From contig JAZNOC010000066.1 in NCBI GenBank assembly GCA_045580605.1, positions 1 through 32,438 of the forward strand: DNA of 32,438 nt. The letters run 5' to 3'. The position numbers were made by a program, and so were the translations under genes. The DNA comes from Clostridia bacterium. Its GTDB lineage: Bacteria; Bacillota; Clostridia; UMGS1883. A model generated the notes under the pieces. The model did not search any database and was not told where the DNA came from. It worked only from the letters and a program-made list of their open reading frames with translations. This document shows, in pieces, positions 9,422 through 19,208 of the stretch. The stretch's first letter is position 1. Each line of letters opens with the position of its first letter.

Positions 9422-10165
9422 TTATTTTCCCGTCCTTTTCATTACTGCGTTAAAAGCATAGCACATAAAGTAGTACGAGCTTTTAACAAGTGATAATTTG
9501 TGGTATTTTCTATAGGTATACCATTGCCTTTTAATAACTTTGAATTTATTGCCCGTAAGTGAATTTGAGCTTACTCTGTAAAGTGAAAGCACTTCCTGCA
9601 GAGCGTAAGCCTCATACCCACGGCTTAAGATATCCTGCCACGTGCACTGATCCTCCGTATGATTAAGTGGAGGCATATAAAACTCGCCCGATTTTTTGCG
9701 GTTAACCATAACCGTCAAACACGCTATAGCAGTGTTTCTAAATATATCCTCGTAGGTCATTTTATTGGGTACGGATATCACCTTTCCCAAAGCATCTTTT
9801 TCATCGATGTTCTGATACTTCGTGTATGTAAGCACATATCCGTTTTCTTCCATAAACTTAAGCTGTTTCTCCAGCTTATCCGGCAAAAACAAATCGTCGC
9901 TGTCCAGAAAAGCAATGTAGTCGCCCTTTGCGAGCTTCAGTGCAGTGTTTCTGGCACTTGCAACACCACCGTTTTTTTCCTGCTTTACTACTTTTATTCT
10001 GTCGTCCTTGTCAGCATACTGCTTTGCGACATCGTATGTATTATCCTTTGAGCAGTCATCAACGATTATCATTTCCCAGTCAGTATGCGTTTGGGCGAGA
10101 ACGCTTTCGATGGTTTTTGCTATAGATTTTTCGGCATTATAAGCCGGCGTAATTATAGAAATCAT
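9422..10165 (-). CDS. GT2 glycosyltransferase (TuaG-like)
   Basis: ISIITPAYN, VDDCSKD, ARN, AFLDSDD and ED motifs. Confidence 0.92.
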   Translation of the reverse strand: MISIITPAYNAEKSIAKTIESVLAQTHTDWEMIIVDDCSKDNTYDVAKQYADKDDRIKVVKQEKNGGVASARNTALKLAKGDYIAFLDSDDLFLPDKLEKQLKFMEENGYVLTYTKYQNIDEKDALGKVISVPNKMTYEDIFRNTAIACLTVMVNRKKSGEFYMPPLNHTEDQCTWQDILSRGYEAYALQEVLSLYRVSSNSLTGNKFKVIKRQWYTYRKYHKLSLVKSSYYFMCYAFNAVMKRTGK

Positions 10166-10171
10166 AAGCTA

Positions 10172-10780
10172 TTACCCCACCTTTTCCTTTTCTTCAACTG
10201 CACCCTCTACAACACTCTCGTGCTTTAATACTGAAAACACGGTTTTTATAAAGCACTTGCAGTCAAAAAGAAAGCTTAAATTCTCTACATATTCACCATC
10301 GAGCTTGGCTTTTAGCTCAATCGGTATTTCATCACGCCCGTTTATCTGTGCCCAGCCTGTAAGACCGGGCTTAACATCATTTGCACCATACTTATCACGT
10401 TCTGCAATAAGGTCGTACTGGTTCCACAGTGCAGGTCTTGGCCCGATAATGGTCATATTCCCGATAAAAATATTAAAAAGCTGCGGAAGCTCATCAAGCG
10501 AATATTTTCTTATGAATGTTCCCGACCTTGTTATGTACGAATTTGCACCCTGCAGCTGATGCGTCGGCACATTTTGAGGAGTCTCGGTATACATACTCCT
10601 GTACTTAAAAATATCAAACTCCGTTTTTCCCTTACCTATTCGCTTTTGTTTAAATATCACGGGGCCTTTAGAATCGAGCTTTATAACAATCGCGATTATA
10701 AGCATCGGGATTGCCAGCACAATAATCCCCATAAGCGATAAAACCACATCTATCGCCCTTTTAAAGAACTTTTTATACAT
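10172..10780 (-). CDS. Priming sugar-phosphate transferase (bacterial sugar transferase family)
   Basis: KRAIDV, GPVIFKQKRIG, FKYRSM, SLDELPQL, IGPRP and KPGLTGWAQINGR. Start placed at ATG 10780 (after AAAAGGAAA) rather than the upstream TTG. Confidence 0.93.
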   Translation of the reverse strand: MYKKFFKRAIDVVLSLMGIIVLAIPMLIIAIVIKLDSKGPVIFKQKRIGKGKTEFDIFKYRSMYTETPQNVPTHQLQGANSYITRSGTFIRKYSLDELPQLFNIFIGNMTIIGPRPALWNQYDLIAERDKYGANDVKPGLTGWAQINGRDEIPIELKAKLDGEYVENLSFLFDCKCFIKTVFSVLKHESVVEGAVEEKEKVG

Positions 10781-10843
10781 TTTCCTTTTCCCCTTAGAGG
10801 GCAAGATAAGCACACTTTTGCCCAATTATACATATTCTATTTT

Positions 10844-10872
10844 ATTTTACCACTTTTTTTGTACATTGTCAA
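10844..10872 (-). promoter_or_regulatory. Sigma-A promoter of the polysaccharide operon
   Basis: Minus strand TTGACA-17 nt-TAAAAT with an extended -10 TG. Confidence 0.8.
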
Positions 10873-10970
10873 CAAAAAGAAGCGTGCCGCTTCACCCTTG
10901 TCGCACTCTTACCAAGTGCAGACATTAATTCCTGCGTTTTAATTTTACGCAATTTCCTGTACAACCAATA

Positions 10971-11006
10971 AAAACGACCGCAATATTCCTTTATTGCGGT
11001 CGTTTT
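10971..11006. terminator. Intrinsic terminator after the GRE gene (possibly bidirectional)
   Basis: AAAACGACCGCAATA-ttcctt-TATTGCGGTCGTTTT, a perfect 15-bp inverted repeat 3 nt past the GRE stop, ending in T-runs on both strands. Confidence 0.85.
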
Positions 11007-11009
11007 GTT

Positions 11010-13259
11010 TTAGCCGTTATAGAAGTTCCGGCTTAAAAATTCGTCCTGATATTCTTTTGAAAGAGCAACAAACTGCACTGAAAAACCGTACATTCTTACT
11101 ATGATATGACCATACTTTTCAGGCTCTTTCTGTGCTTTTAATAAGTCCTCTTTATTTACACAGTTAATCTGCATAATCTGTGCTTTGGATGCGGCACATC
11201 CGCGCAAAAATGCATTCAGTATCTCTTTGCTTGAGCTTGCTGCCGGTAAAATCACGTTTATTACCGTTCCCTTAGAGAAGTTACTGCTCTCAAAATATCT
11301 AAGTCCCGAGAAAACGTCTGTAACAGATTTTATTTTATGAAGTCTTGACGGTGTAAATCCCTGAGAAATCACATCCCCGTTATATCTTCCGTTGGGTGTA
11401 GCTTTAATATTTTTGCCCCACCATACAACCTCAGTATACATAAATGAGCCAATCTGCCACTTTCCGCCGTAAGATGTCGGGAGATTTCTCGTCATATTAT
11501 AAATATCATCTGCCAGCTTTCCCGTCATCCGTGCCGACTCCTCTGAGCTGTCCCCATAAGAGGGCGCTTCAAGCACGAGATTACGAAGCTTTTCATCCTG
11601 CCAGTTATTTTTGCAGGCATTCAATAGTTCTTTAAGTGTGCACAGTTTCTTGTCAAAGCACACATCCTTAATTGCAAGGAGTGAGTCAACGGTGTCGGGA
11701 AATGCTGCAAGATACATATTCTCCCAGTTGTATGTAGCACCGCCGTTTGTGTAGTCAGTTCTTTTTTCAAGAGGTCCATACATAAGCGCAGATGTAACAC
11801 AAAACGGAGCAACTCTTGACCAGTTGCGCATTCCAATTGACTCATCATTTGCCTTTTTCTTTATGATTTCAAGTATGTTATGCACAACTGCATTGTAAAC
11901 CTCATCAAAGGTTTCGCAATTTTCAAGTGCCTTAATGTCAAGTTGACACTCCTTTATCTTTTCTTCGGGCATATATATCGACCACTCCAACGCTTTAAGA
12001 GTGTTAACATACTGTCCGCTCTGTGCCTTGCAATAGTCATCCGCACCTGCATCCCAGCATCCTCCCACTGAGTAGTTTAAAGCGTGTTCCTTTTTAAACC
12101 CATGCTTTATAAGTGCGGGTAGTATTGCATCATCATTACAGTAAAGTAAAATACTTTTCTGACTAAGTATAGGTCTGTTAATAAGCGTAAGGTATTCCTC
12201 AGACGAATTTTCACTGTAACGGCATTTTATTTTGGGATACATATTGTCAAGTTCAAAATGCGCGGTTAAGATGAATTCCGTGATTTTATTGAAAACTTCA
12301 TTGCCGTTTTCGTCGCAACCACCAACTGTTATTGCATTTTCATATTCGTAGTCGGCATAGCCGGTCATTTTCTTACTCTTATCAATATGTGCATCCCAGA
12401 TAGTAAGAAACAAGCAAACTAAATCATAAATTTCTTCGTCTGAAACTCCGTTTTTCTTGTCGTTATCATAAAGCGGCGCCAACAAAACGTCAACTCTTCC
12501 CATTGAACCATAGCCTATTCCCTCTATCGTACCTACCGCTTTTCTGATAAATGTAAGTGTATTAAGCCCCTCATACACGGTTTCGGGTTTATTCCACGGC
12601 ACTCTTTTTGCTGTATCTGCAATAAGCTTAAGAGTTTTTATCTTCTCTTCATCTGTTTCGTTCTTTATCTTTTCTTCTGCACACTCTGCAAATTTTTCAC
12701 TGATTTTTTTAAGAGCTAAAATTCCCGCTATCGCACAATTTACAAAGTCTGTTTCTTCCTGATTTTCGCAAAGCTTAAGAGCTTCCACAGCTTCCTCATA
12801 AACACCTTTTAAGCCTCTCTCAAAAATCTTTTTGTACGGAAGTCTGAAATGCTCTAAATCCATATAAATATCATTACTGCAAATAAGCTGCTCTTCAACA
12901 TTTGCAAGGTGGCTTTTATACATTTTTGGATTTTCGGTTTCTGGAATATGGCGGTTACGCTCAATAAGCCAGCCATTTGCGTGGCGCATTCCGCGAAGGT
13001 AATGTCCGTCGCTATAGGGATGGAGTGCCCCCGTTTCAAAATAAAAGGGTACATCATCAAACAGAATTGGCTCAAAATTATCTGCAATACATTCGTATTG
13101 CTTTGCCTTTAATTCGTAATTGTTTAGTGTTGGGTTTTCATCAAACATTTTATCCAGATAACTATAACACTTTTCCTGTAGTTTTTGTGCGTTAACCGGT
13201 GCTTGATTAAGGTAATAATCATTAAGTATTTCTTTAACTAATTTATACTCCACTGTCAT
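11010..13259 (-). CDS. Glycyl radical enzyme, pyruvate formate-lyase superfamily, substrate unknown (start ATG 13259 or GTG 13253)
   Basis: About 750 aa. RVPWNKPET, SMGRVD, ITVGG, Cys loop GGCWD, ATPNGR, QINCV, and C-terminal Gly loop AQKEPEKYGHIIVRMYGFS. GAGGAG RBS. Confidence 0.85.
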   Translation of the reverse strand: MTVEYKLVKEILNDYYLNQAPVNAQKLQEKCYSYLDKMFDENPTLNNYELKAKQYECIADNFEPILFDDVPFYFETGALHPYSDGHYLRGMRHANGWLIERNRHIPETENPKMYKSHLANVEEQLICSNDIYMDLEHFRLPYKKIFERGLKGVYEEAVEALKLCENQEETDFVNCAIAGILALKKISEKFAECAEEKIKNETDEEKIKTLKLIADTAKRVPWNKPETVYEGLNTLTFIRKAVGTIEGIGYGSMGRVDVLLAPLYDNDKKNGVSDEEIYDLVCLFLTIWDAHIDKSKKMTGYADYEYENAITVGGCDENGNEVFNKITEFILTAHFELDNMYPKIKCRYSENSSEEYLTLINRPILSQKSILLYCNDDAILPALIKHGFKKEHALNYSVGGCWDAGADDYCKAQSGQYVNTLKALEWSIYMPEEKIKECQLDIKALENCETFDEVYNAVVHNILEIIKKKANDESIGMRNWSRVAPFCVTSALMYGPLEKRTDYTNGGATYNWENMYLAAFPDTVDSLLAIKDVCFDKKLCTLKELLNACKNNWQDEKLRNLVLEAPSYGDSSEESARMTGKLADDIYNMTRNLPTSYGGKWQIGSFMYTEVVWWGKNIKATPNGRYNGDVISQGFTPSRLHKIKSVTDVFSGLRYFESSNFSKGTVINVILPAASSSKEILNAFLRGCAASKAQIMQINCVNKEDLLKAQKEPEKYGHIIVRMYGFSVQFVALSKEYQDEFLSRNFYNG

Positions 13260-13274
13260 CACTCCTCACCTTGC

Positions 13275-13303
13275 ACTCTATCACAATAAAAAAAAATACG
13301 CAA
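13275..13303 (-). promoter_or_regulatory. Putative promoter of the GRE gene
   Basis: Minus strand TTGCGT-17 nt-TAGAGT with an extended -10 TG. The weak -35 fits activator dependence. Confidence 0.55.
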
Positions 13304-13340
13304 TGTAAAATACTGCAAATTTGTAAAAAACAGAAACTTA

Positions 13341-13369
13341 TTGACATATACATTTTGCTGTGATAAATT
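13341..13369 (+). promoter_or_regulatory. Sigma-A promoter of the AraC gene
   Basis: TTGACA-17 nt-TAAATT with an extended -10 TG. Confidence 0.7.
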
Positions 13370-13389
13370 TAAGGCAAGGGGGGATTGGT

Positions 13390-14145
13390 ATGGATTTTTT
13401 TTACATTGATAAAATTGTGGGAACATTTCGTCTTTATTCTGAGGGGCACTCTCTTTCACACTCTAAGAAAAGGCGTGTTCACCATTTAGCATATCACCTG
13501 TTGGGTGAAAACGTACATACCATAAACGATAAGGAAACACCTATCAATACTGACACTCTGCTTTTTCTGTCAAAAAACGATTCGTACGGCTTTAATTGCA
13601 CAACCCCTACCGAAAGTATTTCAATCGAGTTTATAGCTGACACTGATATGGAAAGCTTTACGCTCGACTGCTCGGATAGCCCCAAAATAAAAACCTTGTT
13701 TAAAACGCTCGCATCGCTTAAAAATTTAGATGATAAAAACAATATGTTTTTGTCCATTTCTGTATTGTATGAAGTTTTTAATGAAATCGATAAACTCCAA
13801 CAAAAAAAATACAAATCTTCTGCTGAAAAAAGTAAGCTTCATCCTGCCGTTACATATATTCAGGAGCATTTCACGGATAAGATAATAACAAACGAGGCTT
13901 TGGCAAAAATGTGCAATTTAAGCGAAAGGCGTTTTATTACGCTGTTCAACGATGTTTACGGCTTAACACCCAATCAGTTTGTTATTCGCAAAAAATTATC
14001 TCTGGCAGAAACGCTTCTCACATCCAAGCTTTATTCAATCGGGCACATCTCGGAAATGTGTGGATTTTCTGACATTTACTACTTTTCCAAAGCATTTAAA
14101 AAATATATGAACGTAACACCGAGCGAGTACAAGAAAAATATTTAG
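13390..14145 (+). CDS. AraC/XylS-family transcriptional regulator
   Basis: C-terminal double HTH: YIQEHF..LAKMCNLS..F..YGLTP..ISEMCGFSDIYYFSKAFKK..TPSEY. ATG 13390 follows a G-rich RBS. Confidence 0.92.
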   Translation: MDFFYIDKIVGTFRLYSEGHSLSHSKKRRVHHLAYHLLGENVHTINDKETPINTDTLLFLSKNDSYGFNCTTPTESISIEFIADTDMESFTLDCSDSPKIKTLFKTLASLKNLDDKNNMFLSISVLYEVFNEIDKLQQKKYKSSAEKSKLHPAVTYIQEHFTDKIITNEALAKMCNLSERRFITLFNDVYGLTPNQFVIRKKLSLAETLLTSKLYSIGHISEMCGFSDIYYFSKAFKKYMNVTPSEYKKNI

Positions 14146-14717
14146 CTTGTTACTCTGGGAAAAAACAGCTTTTCGTTTTTTTCATCAACGCAGACAAATG
14201 CGTAGCCGTTTTCAAAATGAGTGTTTCCCAGAAACTTCAGCGGGTTATCTTCCCTTTTGCATGGGAGCGCGATAATCTCGTAACTCTCCCCTTTCCCGAG
14301 CCAGTAATGCCCGTACTTTTTAAAACAATCATAAACACTTTGATTGCATAATATATATTTTACTGCATCGGTCATTTCACCGAAGCGTTTTTCCGTAATT
14401 TTCCGCCACGAAAGATTTTGAAGCTCGAGTGGCGGTTTTTCTTTTTTTTCCTTTTTTTCGATATTCTCACTGTAGTAGCCTATAAGCATCTGTCGTCCGC
14501 TTTGCGTTATAAGAATTCCATTGTGGTTTGCAGTGTCAATTTCCTTTTCGAGCTTGCCGTCAACAAGGTTTCCGATTTGCTTTGCTTCATTTCCTATAAG
14601 CCATGCCTTAAGTACGCCGTTTATGCCTGATACTTTTATTTTTATGCTATGGTCGTCCACCTCGGCAATCCCGCCACCCATCTCTGCAAGCGGAGTAAAA
14701 GAAATTGTCTTTTTCAT
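14142..14717 (-). CDS. Hypothetical protein (191 aa)
   Basis: Long ORF with GAGGTG RBS before ATG 14717. It overlaps the AraC stop by 4 nt. No motif confidently recognised. Confidence 0.75.
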   Translation of the reverse strand: MKKTISFTPLAEMGGGIAEVDDHSIKIKVSGINGVLKAWLIGNEAKQIGNLVDGKLEKEIDTANHNGILITQSGRQMLIGYYSENIEKKEKKEKPPLELQNLSWRKITEKRFGEMTDAVKYILCNQSVYDCFKKYGHYWLGKGESYEIIALPCKREDNPLKFLGNTHFENGYAFVCVDEKNEKLFFPRVTS

Positions 14718-14793
14718 AAAATTCACCTCAGTAAATTCTACTGAGAAAAATGCAAAATATTATCAATTTATGAATTTTTTTCGCACAATATAA

Positions 14794-16827
<2,034 letters not shown>

Positions 16828-17005
16828 AGAGGATGACAATGTCATCCTCTCGCAAGCGAAGTTTTGCGGTGCAAAACATTCACTTGCGAAAAAGGGCTTT
16901 CGTTCGCACGACGCTCACCGCGTCAGCCCTTATAAGGTGTTAAAATTGAGGTACACGCCCTCGATTTTAACTGATTTTATTGTTAAGGGGATGCCCCTTA
17001 ACAAT
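16828..17005. repeat. Array of five contiguous inverted repeats (REP/MITE-like or structured RNA)
   Basis: Hairpins at 16828-16850, 16850-16889, 16892-16931, 16939-16971 and 16979-17005. Confidence 0.7.
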
Positions 17006-17027
17006 CCCCTCAAAATACAACGTATAC

Positions 17028-17060
17028 AAAAAAGCTATTCCAGTTTGGAATAGCTTTTTT
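17028..17060. terminator. Bidirectional intrinsic terminator between groEL and the amidohydrolase gene
   Basis: AAAAAAGCTATTCCA-gtt-TGGAATAGCTTTTTT between convergent genes. Confidence 0.88.
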
Positions 17061-17063
17061 TAT

Positions 17064-17849
17064 TTAATTTTTCAGTATTCTCTCGGGGTTCTTTGTAAGT
17101 ATCTTTTCAATATCTTTGTCTTTAAGCCCAAGAGACATAAATGTTTCGTATTCATCCTTGGGGCTCCACATCGGGAAGTCCGACCCAAACACAAAACGGT
17201 CTGCGCCGTAAAGGTTTATAAGCTCCTTTGCACGCAGCTTACCCAATGTCGCAAATGAGCTTGACGTATCCATAAAGCAGTTTTCGTCTTTTAAAAATTC
17301 GTATGCTAAATCAGGCATAGACCATCCACCGAAGTGTGCCGCAATAACACAAAGCTTAGGAAATTTTGCAAGCAGCTTTTTCACTCTTGACGGATGTGAA
17401 TAATCATACCTGTAATCGCCGCAGTGGATAAGCACGGGAAGTCCAAGCTCTTGTGCCGCCTCGTAAATTTCATCCATATCCTTTGAATTTACCTTGAACT
17501 TTTGCGTATCAGGATGGATTTTTATTCCATGAAGACCAATATTTTTTATTCTCTCAACTTCCTCTGCCCCGTTTTCAAGGTCTGGATGGATTGTCCCAAA
17601 ACCTACAAACTGCTCGTATTTTTCACACTGCTCCTTTATAAAGTTATTTATGCTTGCAACCTGTTTTGGGATTGTTGCAACCGAATGAACAATGTGCTTA
17701 TTTATAGGAGAATTTTCTGAAAGTTCCAGAAGAGCCTCCGCCGTACCATGCCCCTCCATCTCGATATTATAAAACTGCCCGACAGCCTCAACTGCGCGGG
17801 AAGCGATTTTTTCGGGATAAATGTGAGCGTGAAAATCGTATATATTCAT
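17064..17849 (-). CDS. Amidohydrolase_2-type TIM-barrel metalloenzyme
   Basis: DFHAH, GIKIHP, LIHCG, AAHFGG, DTSS and FGSDFP metal-binding motifs. Confidence 0.9.
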   Translation of the reverse strand: MNIYDFHAHIYPEKIASRAVEAVGQFYNIEMEGHGTAEALLELSENSPINKHIVHSVATIPKQVASINNFIKEQCEKYEQFVGFGTIHPDLENGAEEVERIKNIGLHGIKIHPDTQKFKVNSKDMDEIYEAAQELGLPVLIHCGDYRYDYSHPSRVKKLLAKFPKLCVIAAHFGGWSMPDLAYEFLKDENCFMDTSSSFATLGKLRAKELINLYGADRFVFGSDFPMWSPKDEYETFMSLGLKDKDIEKILTKNPERILKN

Positions 17850-17869
17850 AACCCGACTTCCTTTTTTGT

Positions 17870-17900
17870 TTAACGGGGCTACAAATTGTAGCCCCGTTAA
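17870..17900. other. Intercistronic stem-loop
   Basis: TTAACGGGGCTACAA-a-TTGTAGCCCCGTTAA, a perfect inverted repeat. On the coding (minus) strand it is followed by ACAAAAAAGG rather than a U-tract. Confidence 0.7.
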
Positions 17901-17903
17901 TTC

Positions 17904-18443
17904 TTATTCAAAATTGTATCCTGTTTCGATAGCTTTAAGGTTAACCTCAAGCATATCAGCACGCTTTGCAGATATTACCTTTTTAAGACCTGCTTCAAGT
18001 CCGTCGTAATTAACTGCACCTGTTTCCTTAATCATCTTGCCAACCATTATCATATTAGCAAGTGTCGGAGCGTTAATATCCTTAGCAATTTTTGTTGCTG
18101 GAATGTAGCATACCTTAACATCATCACGCTCAACCTTTTTGTCGATAAGTGATGAATCAAGAATAATGCATCCACCCTCTTTAACAGTATCCTGATATTT
18201 TTCGAGCGACGGAAGATTCATCGCAAACAAAACATCGGGATTTGCAATAATGGGCGAGCCTACTTTTTCATCGCTCAAAATTACGGAGCAGCTTGCAGTA
18301 CCGCCACGCATTTCGGGACCGTAAGACGGAAGCCAGCTTACGTTTTTGCCTTCGGTAAGCCCCATATAAGCAAGGAACTTACCTGCGAAAAGAACACCCT
18401 GACCGCCAAATCCGGCAATTATAATCTGTGTTGTATTACTCAT
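17904..18443 (-). CDS. 2-oxoacid:ferredoxin oxidoreductase gamma subunit
   Basis: AGFGGQGV, PSYGPEMRGGTA and ANMIMVG. Confidence 0.93.
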   Translation of the reverse strand: MSNTTQIIIAGFGGQGVLFAGKFLAYMGLTEGKNVSWLPSYGPEMRGGTASCSVILSDEKVGSPIIANPDVLFAMNLPSLEKYQDTVKEGGCIILDSSLIDKKVERDDVKVCYIPATKIAKDINAPTLANMIMVGKMIKETGAVNYDGLEAGLKKVISAKRADMLEVNLKAIETGYNFE

Positions 18444-18458
18444 AGCTACTTCCTCCCA

Positions 18459-19208
18459 TCACTCGTTATCCGCTGTTTTATCGCAGTAAACGCCAAGCGG
18501 ATAGTACGGAATCATCTTTTCTTCAACCCATTCAAGAGCCTTCTGAGGTGTCATACCCCAGTTTGTCGGGCAGCTTGAAACAACCTCAATAAGAGAGAAG
18601 CCTTTGCCGTTTACCTGATTTTCAAACGCCTTTTTGATTGCAGCCTTAGCAGCCTTAATGTTTTTAACATTGTTTACTGCAACACGATGCAAATAGCGGG
18701 GTCCGTCAAGTTGTGAAAGCATTTCACAAACTCTTATCGGGAAACCTGCAGTGCTTGTATCACGTCCGTAAGGAGAGGTCTGTGTAACCTGACCGGGAAG
18801 TGATGTCGGTGCCATCTGACCGCCTGTCATACCATAGATTGCGTTATTTACGAAAATAACTGTGATATTTTCGTTACGGGCAGCAGAGTGAACTGTTTCT
18901 GCCATACCGATTGATGCGAGGTCGCCATCGCCCTGGTATGTAAAAACAATCTTTGAGGGGTCTGCTCTTTTTATACCTGTTGCAACTGCCGGTGCACGAC
19001 CGTGAGCAGCCTCAACCATATCACAAGCAAAATAGTTATATGCCATAACGGCGCATCCAACGGGTGCAACACCTATTGTTTTACCTTCTATACCAAGCTC
19101 ATCAATAGCCTCTGCTACAAGTCTGTGAATAATACCGTGTGTACAACCGGGGCAATAGTGCATCGGTGCATCGGTAAGTGCATGCGGCTTTTCAAATACT
19201 ATACTCAT
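18459..19208 (-). CDS. 2-oxoacid:ferredoxin oxidoreductase beta (TPP-binding) subunit, VOR type
   Basis: HYCPGCTHG, HGRAPAVATG, YQGDGDLASIG, YGMTGGQ and CPTNW. Start is ATG 19208 (MSIVFEKP), overlapping the alpha stop (TAATG). Confidence 0.93.
   Translation of the reverse strand: MSIVFEKPHALTDAPMHYCPGCTHGIIHRLVAEAIDELGIEGKTIGVAPVGCAVMAYNYFACDMVEAAHGRAPAVATGIKRADPSKIVFTYQGDGDLASIGMAETVHSAARNENITVIFVNNAIYGMTGGQMAPTSLPGQVTQTSPYGRDTSTAGFPIRVCEMLSQLDGPRYLHRVAVNNVKNIKAAKAAIKKAFENQVNGKGFSLIEVVSSCPTNWGMTPQKALEWVEEKMIPYYPLGVYCDKTADNE

Noticed and set aside
10900-10923. GCACTC...AGTGC resembling CIRCE
   Set aside because: The spacer is 5 nt instead of 9, the outer TTA/TAA are missing, and no heat-shock gene is adjacent.
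11010-13262. Calling the GRE pflB, cutC or hypD
   Set aside because: It lacks the PFL CC pair and the GCVE motif, and no cognate activase or pathway genes are adjacent.
13259-13459. 66-aa ORF across the GRE/AraC intergenic region
   Set aside because: It spans two promoters and is antisense to the AraC start; no coding evidence.
16828-17060. CRISPR array or tRNA
   Set aside because: The hairpins differ in sequence, with no repeat-spacer periodicity and no cas genes. No tRNA T-loop or CCA pattern was seen.
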